64,000 nucleotides of DNA from an uncultured bacterium (GTDB lineage: Bacteria > Zixibacteria > MSB-5A5 > JAABVY01 > JAHJOQ01): contig CBDUQR010000003.1 in the NCBI GenBank assembly GCA_965369655.1, positions 43,225-107,224 on the forward strand. The letters run 5' to 3'. Below the pieces are notes generated by a model. That model saw only the letters and a list, made by a program, of their open reading frames with translations. It was not told the origin of the DNA and made no database searches. The stretch's first letter is position 1; each line of letters opens with the position of its first letter. A program made the translations under genes and the position numbers. Shown piece by piece: positions 40,902 through 51,276 of the stretch.

Positions 40902-43900
40902 CTACTTTCCTATGACAGCAATCTTGACGACTTTCGGGTCCTTATCCGGAGCCGTACAGTATGCAAAATAGATACCGTTGGCGACGCGCACACCGTCGTT
41001 TGTAGTCCCGTACCAATTGACCTCGCCATCAGTACTGTTGAAGGTTTTCACCAGTTCACCACCAAAGTCGTAGATCTTGATGGTGATTGCATCATTGCCC
41101 TTGAGTCCAGGGTTGATTGTGGTGAAACCATCCACGGACGGATCAAACGGGTTCGGGTAGTTGTACGGATCGCCCGCATCTGTAGCCTCGCCGGGACCGT
41201 ATGCAGACCATGTCCGCTCACGCGAATTGCCTACGTTATCGGTAGCGACGATTCTTGTCCGGACACCGCTGGTCTTGCAGTATCTCAGGTAACCGCCATC
41301 GAGAATGTACTCGCCGGCTCCGAGATCACCGTCAGCTTCGGAGATGAGAACATCGTCCTCATAAACGAAGACTTCGTTGATACCCGAACCGTCGTCGGCT
41401 ATAGAGATCAAGACCGGACAATCATTCGGCAGCGCATCGAATTGCGACCACTGCGTCTCGCCATCGGCAAGGATCACCGGACCGTCGTAGTCGACAGGCA
41501 AGTACTGATCCCATGGATGTGCCGTATTGCCTACACAATCGTGTATGCCATGATCCCTGAGATAGTACTCATCCCAGTCACCATAAGCAACCGGATCGCC
41601 GGTGCTATAGTAGTCAGACCTTTCGCCTCTCACGCCATCGTAGACAGCGACGATGATTCCGCGTTCATCAGCGAGTTCGTAGTGAGTCGTTATCGTCACT
41701 ATGCCGGTCACATCATCATAGTAGTAACCGACCTGACCCGGGAAGAACGTGCCAATGAAGAAGAGGTTGTCATCCTGGTTTGGACGCGCTGAGTTGGTGT
41801 CGTTCTTTTCAACTGCTATGACGTCGACGAAGACCTCATCCCAATCGATGCCGGATTCCGAATCCGATATGCTGAAAGTGATAGTCGGGTTCTTTCCTAC
41901 ATAGTAGTTATCAAACACGACAACCGGCGGAGTACAATCGACGTTGAACGTCCAAGTCGTATCATTCCACGCGCCCTGGTTGTTCTTCGCCTCAATGTAC
42001 AGAGTATTCACACCACATTCAAGCGGCGGTGCGCTGTACTCGCCACCTTCCTCGTACTCATCATCATAGTCGCTCGTCATGTAGATATCGAGCAAGCCAC
42101 TAACGGCATCCCAGTGCGTATACCATCTGTCAGCATCGCCACCGGTCTCCCAGTTGTGGATAGTGATGCCACCAATCTTGATGACAAAGCGATCATCATC
42201 GATCTCGGTGAACTCGTGAGTTGTGATGTGTAAGGTGAACTTGGGCGTCAATCCGTCTTGAACCGGACTGGTGTAGCAAACCTCTTCATCATCGCAACAC
42301 CACGGATAGGCGTCGACTTCAAAGACGACATCGCCAGGCGTCGGATCTACCTGCTGGGCAACTGCAAAGATGCCGTACAAGCAATCGGACGAGAACTGAA
42401 CAGTGTGATTCTCGGTGTCGAACCACGCATCAGCGCTCAAATTGAAGATGCCGTCGGATTCCCATACACCATAATAGGGATCCCACTTGAGAACTGCGAG
42501 TTCAGAAGCGGGCAGATCTATGGAAAGATCGTACGACATTTTAATCTGGGCGTAACGGTTGTAACCGAAGCAGCAACCGCTCGATGTAATAGCGGTCAGA
42601 TCGTCACCGCCATCGGTCTTAGGCGCCAAGTCTAACTCGTAGCCGCAGCCGATGTAGTTGACGTATATTCCACCGTTGTGGTTTGCAACCGGTACCCAGT
42701 CATCCTGAGGCTCGCCTGATCTCGGTAGCCAGGTTTCCATGATAACCATACAGCCGCTGTGATCGCCGTCGGGCAGACCCACTGTGACTGTGCCGCCGTT
42801 GCCTGTGTAGGTCGAGGGCAGATCATCCCAGTACGTGAATGTCTGGATCATGGTCATGACCGCGCCGGTACCGTCAGCGGAACCAACGAAGTAGATCGAG
42901 TAGCCGCCGCAGATAACGTCGTAGTCAGGATGGACATCTTCCTGGAAGACTGAGTCACCCGGCGAACTCGGATTGAGATCAACGGCCTCGTAGACGAAAC
43001 CAGGAGGATCGTTGAAATCAGTCTGATACACCGCGAGTGCGACCGGCTCGTTTGCTGACGGAGCGGTCACACGGAGAACACCCTCGAAGATGTCATTCTC
43101 GTAGTTCTTCAGAACGACGAGATCTTTCAGTTCGCCATCGACGAATGTCAGACCACCTTCGCCATCAGCTGTACCGATGATCAGTATGGCCGTCGCCTCG
43201 TTCGAATTGGTTCCATCCGAGGCGAGCAGGCGGAAGTTATGAGTTCCGCTGATCGAGGATGCGTTGAACTCGGTCCACCAGTAATTGCCTGTCGCAACAG
43301 CGCCGGTTCCGATACCGATCCATGCGTCGCCGTCCTGGTACTGGAAGAGTACCTCTGTGGCGTCACCAGACCAGTCATAACCATACAGCCTGTTACCATA
43401 GTATCCAATCACGGAAGTGACCGGAGGTGTCTGATCGGTAATGTAGCCGTTGACCGGACCAAACGTGGTCATGTTACCGACCAGATCCCAGGCGTAGAAG
43501 TAGAACCTGTACGTGCCTTCGGGAAGACCGGAGATGTTGAACGAACTTGTCTGCTCGCCATCAGTCGCCGGATCAACCGTCTGGTAGTACATAGCGGATC
43601 CACTACTGTTTCTCAATTCGAACGCGACCTTGACGATGCCGGAGTTGGCGCCGCTCCAGGAACCGTTGTCCTGGAACTCTCCGAAGAGTTCGGCGACCGG
43701 CATGCACGCGTTTAGATCGAGAGCCGGATCGTTGTTAGCTTCAACGTCCTGTTCACAGATCATTGTCGCGGCAATCGTCGGATTGGTCTCGTCGTTGTAC
43801 AGTGTCCAGAAGTCAGAATCGACGAATCTTCCGGCGCGGTTGTAAGCGCGCACTCTGTAGTGGAATGATCCGTCGCTCGTGATCGTGTCTGACCACATTG

Positions 43901-46900
43901 CATTGTATGGCGGGTAGTAATCTCTCGACCAGGTGTGCCATGTACCCGAAAGAACACTCTTGTACATGAACAGCACCGAGTCGATCGGTATATCCGGATT
44001 ATCGTGTGATGCACTTGCCACGAATATGGTGTTGTGCCCGATAAAGCCGGAATCTGACACGGCCGCGTTGCTCGGCAATGTTACGCTTTGCAACGTAGCG
44101 TTCGGCCGTTCATTAGCGATGAAGATCCTGGTCGAAACCGGATCCGTATCGACGTTGAACGATGAATCGGTCAGAACCGCTCTCACCCAGACCCAGCCGT
44201 CCGGAACCGCACCAAGCGTCTGCCAGTTAGCCGGGAAATTGCCAGTCACATCATATGATGTGGCGATTGTGTCCCAGGTCGATTCACCTTCGATCTGATA
44301 CTCATATGTCACGGAGTACATATTGTACGCATTCAGAGCGCCGGCGGTCAGTGAGATGTTACCCCAGTAGTAGTTCTGCCACAAGAGGCTCGTGATAACT
44401 GCCTGGTTGGCGTTGACGTCAAGAATCGTGATCTTGATCGTGTCAGTCACAACCGGCCTGTTGAGCACATCGAGCTTCTCGACGACGATCCAGGCTACAG
44501 TGAACCTGTTCATAATGTCATCGTCAGTGTACAACCCAAGTGTGTATGGATTGAACGTGGCAGTGTACCACGGATCTGCTGCGCCCTGTGCCACCCATGT
44601 GACAGTGCCAGGATTCGCAGGCAGCCATCCGTACCTGATGCTCGCAACCTCTACGCTATCCGACATCGGGATCGTCTGCGACCAGACGGTAATATCCACA
44701 TCTTTCGGAGCATAGACTTCGCCGGTGCCTCCCAGCTTGGTCGATGGCGTGTAGAATGTGACACCATTCGCCTCAAACTGGTTGAAGGCTATCGGAGCCG
44801 CCATGTTGTCGACAAACCATCTCTTGTCAGAGTGGTGGTTGCTACTGGTTGGATCGAACGTGTTATCATCGAAGAATCCGTCATCATCCCAATCCCACAT
44901 CACGTTGTTGGTGATGTCGGTTGCGATAACTCGGAAATCCCAGAAGATGTTGCTCGTCAGACCAGCGGTGTTGTACCCGTACCAGACGTATGTACCTTCG
45001 TCTGTAGCGGGTCCCATTTCACCGATTAGCGTGTAATTAGCGAATACATCCGGATCGGTCGTCTTCCTGACATATAGTTCGAGTTTCGAGAAGTCGTTAA
45101 ACGCTTCCTGAATCTCGGCGTGGAAGTCGACCATACCGGCAAGTGTCGGTACACCGTTGACATCCACAGCCTGCACACACGTCAGGACGATATCCGTCGC
45201 AAACGCATCAAGATAGACCGTGATGTATGGCGTCGCCTGGGTGTTATTCAGGTTATCAAAGAATACCGCGCGAACGAGGACGGTGTCGCCGTCAACGAAC
45301 GCCATGTTATTCCAGTTTCCCTGGAAAGTGTCACCCATCGCGGGCGCCGTCTGAATATCAAACACATTGAACGCCGACTCGCCATTTGTCATGTAGTCGG
45401 AGAACAGTGCGTGCTCGAATTCGACACGGGTAACCGGTGACGGATCATATGCCCAATTGTTCACTCTCGCCCAGACATTGAGCGGACGCAGAGTGGAGTT
45501 CATCTTGCGAACTCTCTGACCGTCGATCGGGAAAATAATACCGGCTGACGGGGCGGTGGTGTCGGGAGCACAGGCTGCGAACGAGAACGCCGCGGTGTTG
45601 CCATCGTCTCGCGTCACCCTGATCCATACCGTGTTTGTGCCCTTCCAGAAATTGGTCGCGTTCATGTAGAACGTGAAGGGCATTGTCGCGACATCTTCAT
45701 AGTAATTGATTCTCTGCGTAGCGTCGCCGAGAGTCGTGTGGAAGACATCGACCGTGAAAAGATTGCCGGGAGTGAAATTCGAAACAGCAATCTCGACGAT
45801 GTTCATCGTGTCGAGAGTGACATCGAATCCACAGCCGCTCTGTGGAGAGACCGCACCGTTGACCGAAATCAGCGATGCCGGAAGTCCCACATAAAACCAT
45901 GTGAATTCAAACGTATCACAAACGAGCGCCTGATCCCAGGTCTGGCCGTTGCCGACCGTATCGAGACCAACCGTCATCGCCTGATACAAATCCTCAGCCG
46001 GAGCGCCCGGGAAGAGCGGACTCATTGTACCATTTGTGATCGTGAAGATGAACTGTAGTCCGCCACCCACACGATTCATCATGCTCATGAACTTCCAGTC
46101 TCCGGGAGTACCGGTGCCAACGTCCTTATTGCGGACGTACAGCGAACATGCAGCGATGTCGAGATCGCTCGTCTGAGCGTAGATTGGCAGTGGTGATGAG
46201 AAGCCGCCGAATGCATGGGCTGCGTCCGGAGCGTTGATGCAAATTGCCGGTGGCTCGCAATCGGCGGTGGCTGACACACGAATTGTATTCCATTCGCGAT
46301 TGTCACCCTTGTCGATCACGCGCACTATGAACTGATATGTCGTGCCGTGAACCGGAACGACTGTGCCGTCGGTAGTCCAGATAGTGGCCGGATAGTCGGC
46401 AGTACCGAGCGTATCCGTTGTCGTATCGGCAACATCCCAGCCGTCACCGCCATCCCAGAAAATAACGTACAGACTGTCGTCCGTGCCGTCAGTCGGGTGA
46501 GCAGTCCAGTTCAGCTCTAACGTGCAGTTGGCTCTGGCAGTAGCCCAGAGATTCACTACACCGTCAGGCGGGTCGGTGTCGACCTTCTGAGTGATTGCTG
46601 GCGAAGTCACGGCAACACTGTTACCGGCGTGGTCATAGAGAATGAGATCTACCGTGTGCGTTCCCGCAGGCGCATTCACCTGCATGTCGCTCGGCAACAC
46701 AGTATGTATATACTGATAGATCTTCCAGCCGTGTGTCGTCGAGTCTGTCGCGCACTGTTCCGCGTTGCCGCCCAGACCGTTGTTGTATAGATCCAACTCG
46801 ACAGGGCAGGGCCAGAACAGCGAATCCTGCGTGAGGGAAGCGTCGACAACGAGTTCGACCTGATCGTAGAAATTGATCACGTTGTTTGAATCGAGATCAA

Positions 46901-48353
46901 GTTCACGCTCGTAAGTCACTACCGGCGGATCCGGAGGAACAAGATCGACTGCGAACGTTGTCGAATCCTTGGCAAAGTCGAAATTGCCTGCGTTGTCCTG
47001 CGCCGTCACCCAGAGAGTACACGGAGATGTGCTGTCGGCGTTGACGTCCAGACCGGTGTTAGATTGAATCAGCTCAAGTCTGAGTTCCCATCTGTTGTCA
47101 CCGGCCGGGTCGGTCATAGCGAGATTGCCCCAGGTCGTATGCCAGTTAATCATGTTAACTGCTATGGCCTCAATCTCGCCGTACGAGTTGCTCGTCATGT
47201 AGGAGAAGACAACGATCGAGTCGCCGATAGCGGCTGTACCGTCACCGTTCTGATCCCACAGAAGCTCAACCCAGACGCCGTTGTCGGACACATTGTCGAA
47301 CAAAGGCTGCTGGTTGTCAATGAGATGATTGAAGACAACCTCTTGCGACGCCGTGTTGCCTACTGAGTCTTCTCCTATGACAAATACCGAATAGAAGCCG
47401 GAGTTGACGTCCAGCGGTACCGATGTCACAGAGGTCTCCGGCAAGCGTTGAGTAATCCTGAACACGTCTCCGACCTGAGTATCATCGCTTTGCGACGCTG
47501 TTCCACCGAATGCTCTCATATCGGTGGTGATCTTCTCCAGGGTGTCTAACGTAACATTGCTCTGTGCCCAGATTTCAATCGAATCCTGGAGGTTGATGAC
47601 ACCCGCTTTGAAGAAGTCGTGCCCGGAAATCGGGAAGGTGTAGTCTGCCGTGAAATCCGGCGGCCTGGTGTCTAAACGGAGCGCTCTACCATCGTTGTCG
47701 ATGCCATACTCCGTTGTCATCAGGCTCGTATAGCGCAACGTATCGGTGAGAGCCTGAGGAGCGTATCCGCTCTGTGCAGCCCTGAGACTTGCACGATGGA
47801 ACTGCAGACCAGCCTTCAGGTCATCGTAGGTCAGATCGACATTGGCATCGTCGATATCAACCTCGAAGTAGTAGAACACTGTGTCGCCGTTCGGGATGGT
47901 GTCGTTGATGTTTGCGAATAACAACGAATCATTCTCTGAGAATGGCGTTGACACAGGATTGATCGTCACCGTCTTCAGCAGAGTAGGACTCGTTAGGTTG
48001 TTGTTGTAGGAGCGGTAGAGCGAAATGCTCTTGAACATGTTCTCCTTATCATTATAGGAGAACACCATGATAGAGTTGAGCGTGTCCTGTGCGCCGGTGC
48101 TGTTCAGGACCATAAACCTGAACGCCATAACATCGGTCGATACCGCCGACACCGCTTCAATGGTGTCCGACGAATCGCACACAACCAACTCCACCGTCAG
48201 ACTCGCGTCGTCGGTAAAGGCGTCGCTGGTTATGGTCGCAAGCGACAGATCGTTACCGCCTCCTCCGAGCGAAAGGTCTCCCTGCGCCCAGGCGCTGCCG
48301 GAGAGCATTAACCCGGCTACAAGGAGAAAAAGAAAGGTGCGAACGTATTTCAT
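40902..48353 (-). CDS. Very large acidic secreted surface protein with Ig-like repeats and a C-terminal FlgD-Ig/T9SS-like sorting domain
   Basis: Signal peptide MKYVRTFLFLLVAGLMLSGSAWA; recurring 'DxxGN' and 'DxxPP' repeat junctions; C-terminus 'YNYPNPF...IKIYDFGGELVKT...WYGTTNDGVRVANGIYF'. Alternative start 48419 (AAGGAGGT upstream). Confidence 0.85.
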   Translation of the reverse strand: MKYVRTFLFLLVAGLMLSGSAWAQGDLSLGGGGNDLSLATITSDAFTDDASLTVELVVCDSSDTIEAVSAVSTDVMAFRFMVLNSTGAQDTLNSIMVFSYNDKENMFKSISLYRSYNNNLTSPTLLKTVTINPVSTPFSENDSLLFANINDTIPNGDTVFYYFEVDIDDANVDLTYDDLKAGLQFHRASLRAAQSGYAPQALTDTLRYTSLMTTEYGIDNDGRALRLDTRPPDFTADYTFPISGHDFFKAGVINLQDSIEIWAQSNVTLDTLEKITTDMRAFGGTASQSDDTQVGDVFRITQRLPETSVTSVPLDVNSGFYSVFVIGEDSVGNTASQEVVFNHLIDNQQPLFDNVSDNGVWVELLWDQNGDGTAAIGDSIVVFSYMTSNSYGEIEAIAVNMINWHTTWGNLAMTDPAGDNRWELRLELIQSNTGLDVNADSTSPCTLWVTAQDNAGNFDFAKDSTTFAVDLVPPDPPVVTYERELDLDSNNVINFYDQVELVVDASLTQDSLFWPCPVELDLYNNGLGGNAEQCATDSTTHGWKIYQYIHTVLPSDMQVNAPAGTHTVDLILYDHAGNSVAVTSPAITQKVDTDPPDGVVNLWATARANCTLELNWTAHPTDGTDDSLYVIFWDGGDGWDVADTTTDTLGTADYPATIWTTDGTVVPVHGTTYQFIVRVIDKGDNREWNTIRVSATADCEPPAICINAPDAAHAFGGFSSPLPIYAQTSDLDIAACSLYVRNKDVGTGTPGDWKFMSMMNRVGGGLQFIFTITNGTMSPLFPGAPAEDLYQAMTVGLDTVGNGQTWDQALVCDTFEFTWFYVGLPASLISVNGAVSPQSGCGFDVTLDTMNIVEIAVSNFTPGNLFTVDVFHTTLGDATQRINYYEDVATMPFTFYMNATNFWKGTNTVWIRVTRDDGNTAAFSFAACAPDTTAPSAGIIFPIDGQRVRKMNSTLRPLNVWARVNNWAYDPSPVTRVEFEHALFSDYMTNGESAFNVFDIQTAPAMGDTFQGNWNNMAFVDGDTVLVRAVFFDNLNNTQATPYITVYLDAFATDIVLTCVQAVDVNGVPTLAGMVDFHAEIQEAFNDFSKLELYVRKTTDPDVFANYTLIGEMGPATDEGTYVWYGYNTAGLTSNIFWDFRVIATDITNNVMWDWDDDGFFDDNTFDPTSSNHHSDKRWFVDNMAAPIAFNQFEANGVTFYTPSTKLGGTGEVYAPKDVDITVWSQTIPMSDSVEVASIRYGWLPANPGTVTWVAQGAADPWYTATFNPYTLGLYTDDDIMNRFTVAWIVVEKLDVLNRPVVTDTIKITILDVNANQAVITSLLWQNYYWGNISLTAGALNAYNMYSVTYEYQIEGESTWDTIATSYDVTGNFPANWQTLGAVPDGWVWVRAVLTDSSFNVDTDPVSTRIFIANERPNATLQSVTLPSNAAVSDSGFIGHNTIFVASASHDNPDIPIDSVLFMYKSVLSGTWHTWSRDYYPPYNAMWSDTITSDGSFHYRVRAYNRAGRFVDSDFWTLYNDETNPTIAATMICEQDVEANNDPALDLNACMPVAELFGEFQDNGSWSGANSGIVKVAFELRNSSGSAMYYQTVDPATDGEQTSSFNISGLPEGTYRFYFYAWDLVGNMTTFGPVNGYITDQTPPVTSVIGYYGNRLYGYDWSGDATEVLFQYQDGDAWIGIGTGAVATGNYWWTEFNASSISGTHNFRLLASDGTNSNEATAILIIGTADGEGGLTFVDGELKDLVVLKNYENDIFEGVLRVTAPSANEPVALAVYQTDFNDPPGFVYEAVDLNPSSPGDSVFQEDVHPDYDVICGGYSIYFVGSADGTGAVMTMIQTFTYWDDLPSTYTGNGGTVTVGLPDGDHSGCMVIMETWLPRSGEPQDDWVPVANHNGGIYVNYIGCGYELDLAPKTDGGDDLTAITSSGCCFGYNRYAQIKMSYDLSIDLPASELAVLKWDPYYGVWESDGIFNLSADAWFDTENHTVQFSSDCLYGIFAVAQQVDPTPGDVVFEVDAYPWCCDDEEVCYTSPVQDGLTPKFTLHITTHEFTEIDDDRFVIKIGGITIHNWETGGDADRWYTHWDAVSGLLDIYMTSDYDDEYEEGGEYSAPPLECGVNTLYIEAKNNQGAWNDTTWTFNVDCTPPVVVFDNYYVGKNPTITFSISDSESGIDWDEVFVDVIAVEKNDTNSARPNQDDNLFFIGTFFPGQVGYYYDDVTGIVTITTHYELADERGIIVAVYDGVRGERSDYYSTGDPVAYGDWDEYYLRDHGIHDCVGNTAHPWDQYLPVDYDGPVILADGETQWSQFDALPNDCPVLISIADDGSGINEVFVYEDDVLISEADGDLGAGEYILDGGYLRYCKTSGVRTRIVATDNVGNSRERTWSAYGPGEATDAGDPYNYPNPFDPSVDGFTTINPGLKGNDAITIKIYDFGGELVKTFNSTDGEVNWYGTTNDGVRVANGIYFAYCTAPDKDPKVVKIAVIGK

Positions 48354-49177
48354 TCGACAACCCCCTGCAGTAGGTTGTAAGGTTACTGGTTTCTTTTCCG
48401 TCATTGGGTTTTGGTTCATAGGCTTGGTGCCTACCTCCTTTCCTCTCTTAACTCTTAGTTTCATATATTACTTCTTATCTATTCTTAAACTTCAGTTCGA
48501 AAAACCGTGTGAACAAAAAAGCACAAACTCGTCACGGTATCATTATTAAGATCGAACATAACCTCTGCTGTTCGTTCTCGCGTTTGGGAAGATCAATTAT
48601 AAACTGGAACCAGAAGGTTCTCTTCCCTGAGCGATAGGTTGCAATCCATTAGAGACGCAAAAGACCCAGCCGTCGGGGATACCAATCGAACTCCCCGATG
48701 CCGAGTGTACTGCTCGTTCTCCCTATCTCTCTTTAGCCAAAAAGCCTAATAACCTAATTCAATCAAACCGGTTCATCCATTCATCCGGCAAATTATCGGC
48801 GCAAAGTAAATCCAACGTTACCAAAAAAGCAAGTTCTTTTTTTCACACCTTTCAAAGTGTTCATTGGCACTTGCACCGAAATTTTCGGAATTCTATCAAG
48901 TTGTTGATTCTTTGTCAAGTAATAAAATGCAAACCTTTCACTTATGAACGGCAGTTAAACCATTCTTGTCGATTCCGACTTTTAACTGACTGTCTCACAC
49001 ACAATCGTACGTCCGCGCTACTGTGGAACAGTGCGCCGCCGCACATATCATCTGCGACCATCGCTTGTACCAACTCATGTATATAAAGCATGGTCATTTA
49101 GTCTATCGGCACGCCACTTCAGATATTTAGTTTCATTTTGTAACAACATGCTCGCAATGAATCAATTCTCAGCCGGG

Positions 49178-50593
49178 TCATATCACGTCCGATGGGACTG
49201 CTTCGGCCTTATCCCGCTTTCGCAGGAGAGATATTTTCAGGAGCGGTGGCGTCACCAGCGTGGTAATCATAACCATTATTACGACAGCCGAGTATGTGGA
49301 GCTTGAGACTATGGGTACGCCCGCCAGAGCAAGGCCCGCGCCGATCTTCGCGAAAATGAGACCGACCTCGCCTCGCGGTATCATGCCGAGTCCGACAGCA
49401 AGCTTGTTGGTATCTTTATCCCAGACTCCGAGCGAACAGACTTGTTTGCCGATTATAGCCGCAGCCGTGAGCACAGCCGCAAATCCCAGGATGCTCGGAT
49501 CGGAGAAAGTCGTGAGATCGACCAACATCCCCATTCGGACGAAAAAAATCGGCACCAGGAAAAGGGCTATCGGTCGGATAAGGTCATCGAGACCGTGCTC
49601 GCCTCTTTCGACATAGCCGCGGTAATGGACGTCATCCATGATCAGCCCGGCAGCAAACGCTCCCACGATGGCTGCGAGGCCTATTTTCTCGGCGAGGAAT
49701 GCGAGCAGGAAACAGATGGAAAGCGCGATAGTCAGCAGCACGCCTGTCGCTTTCACCCTCAGTCCGAATTTCATTATCTTTGGCACGAGGTACGAGCCTA
49801 ATATCAACGCGCCCACAATGAAGCCGACAGCTTTCAAGATTGATATCAGAATCGTGCCGGAGTCAATTCCTTCCGTACCGGATCCGGCAGCGCTGATCAG
49901 GCCGGTTATAACCGACAGCACTATCAGCCCCATGATGTCGTCGATGACCGCAGCTCCGAGGATTATCTGACCTTCCTTGCTCTTTACCTTATTGATGTCT
50001 CTTAGCACTCGCGCGGTTATGCCGACTGAAGTTGCGCAAAGAGTAGCGCCGATGAATACGTGCGTATAAATTGATTCAGCCGGCAGGAACCATGCCGCAA
50101 CTCCCCATCCGAGAAAGAACGGAACGATCACTCCAAGCGCAGCCACTACGAAGGCTGACGCGCCGACAGCGAGCATTTCCTTGATGTTGGTCTCCAGCCC
50201 GACCTCGAAGAGCAAAAGCATTACGCCGATCTCTGCCAGCACTTCGAGCGGAACATTCTCCTTGAGGAATTCAAGGCTATCTATCCCGATAAGTGCGAGA
50301 TTGCCAATTATTACACCGATTATCAGCTCCCCGAGGACCGCCGGTTGACGGAAACGCTCAAAAGCATCCCCCCCGATCTTAGCCGTCACAAGCAGTATAA
50401 TCAGTGCAAACAACACCGGTACGACCACGGATTCCGGATGACCGCCGCCTGACGCGTGTTCGCCGCCGGCAGTCTCGTGTATCGCTTCGCTGACTGTTTG
50501 TGGATGACTGTCGGGTTCGGAATAGACTGCATTACTGGCGATCGCGACGATCACCACCAGGAGCGCTGTGAATGTGATGAACGATCTTCTCAT
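49178..50593 (-). CDS. Cation:proton antiporter (CPA2, NapA/KefB-like)
   Basis: 'QPAVLGEL', 'LLFEVGLE', 'ATSVGITARVL', 'AAVIDD', 'GMIPRGEVGLIF'; His-rich N-terminal extension. Confidence 0.93.
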   Translation of the reverse strand: MRRSFITFTALLVVIVAIASNAVYSEPDSHPQTVSEAIHETAGGEHASGGGHPESVVVPVLFALIILLVTAKIGGDAFERFRQPAVLGELIIGVIIGNLALIGIDSLEFLKENVPLEVLAEIGVMLLLFEVGLETNIKEMLAVGASAFVVAALGVIVPFFLGWGVAAWFLPAESIYTHVFIGATLCATSVGITARVLRDINKVKSKEGQIILGAAVIDDIMGLIVLSVITGLISAAGSGTEGIDSGTILISILKAVGFIVGALILGSYLVPKIMKFGLRVKATGVLLTIALSICFLLAFLAEKIGLAAIVGAFAAGLIMDDVHYRGYVERGEHGLDDLIRPIALFLVPIFFVRMGMLVDLTTFSDPSILGFAAVLTAAAIIGKQVCSLGVWDKDTNKLAVGLGMIPRGEVGLIFAKIGAGLALAGVPIVSSSTYSAVVIMVMITTLVTPPLLKISLLRKRDKAEAVPSDVI

Positions 50594-50798
50594 GCCTAAT
50601 CTCACACCTTGTGATATGACACCACATAGTCCGATTGTGAATCGCGAACAAACAAGCAATTGCAGATTCGATTGCAAGTTTTTTTATTTCCGCGCCCACA
50701 GAACGCAGTCGATCGAATTATGTGCAAGCCTGTTTTAATCTATATCGGTTACGGGAGGACAAAATGATGCGAATAGTTTCGATTCACTCGTGCTCGTC

Positions 50799-50852
50799 GT
50801 AGCTGTGCTCCGACGAAATGCGCAGAGGCACAGCCTCTGCGCGTACAAGAAT
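50799..50852 (+). repeat. REP-like repeat, inverted third copy of the family at 58453 and 59245
   Basis: TGTGCTCCGACGAAATGCGCAGAGGCACAGCCTCTGCG; its reverse complement matches 58469-58506. Confidence 0.75.
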
Positions 50853-50897
50853 CGTACAGTGGGCGGCAGACCCTTCGAAGCTCAGGGCAGACGTCCT

Positions 50898-51123
50898 GAG
50901 GTTGTCCCAAAAGACTCGAAAAGTAGGTGGTCATGCTTGCGAAAGAAAGTACGGTCATTCCCGCGAAGGCCCTTCGCTTTGCTCAGGATATCACGGGAAT
51001 CTATTGAGTACGTAATCGTTAAATAGACTCCCGCCTTTCCCTCAGGATCGGGATCAGCGACCGACGCGGGAGTGACAGAGTCAGCTTCTCGCTTGAGTTA
51101 ATTAGCACTTACGGGACAACCTC
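50898..51123 (+). mobile_element. Complete 226-bp MITE-like element (11-bp TIR, 4-bp TSD) inside a GTGG-REP
   Basis: TCCT|GAGGTTGTCCC...GGGACAACCTC|TCCT. The flanks rejoin to GGCAGACGTCCTCGTCTGCCCC. Confidence 0.85.
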
Positions 51124-51276
51124 TCCTCGTCTGCCCCGTTGAATCTGTAACTGCCGGCCACAGAATGCGTTGAATGGGCTGTTGACTATATCAGTCACAG
51201 GAAGACAAGATTGTGCGATAGTTTTATTACAATAATATATATATAGAGAAAGATCGTTGTCTCCGTCGCTGCCTGA

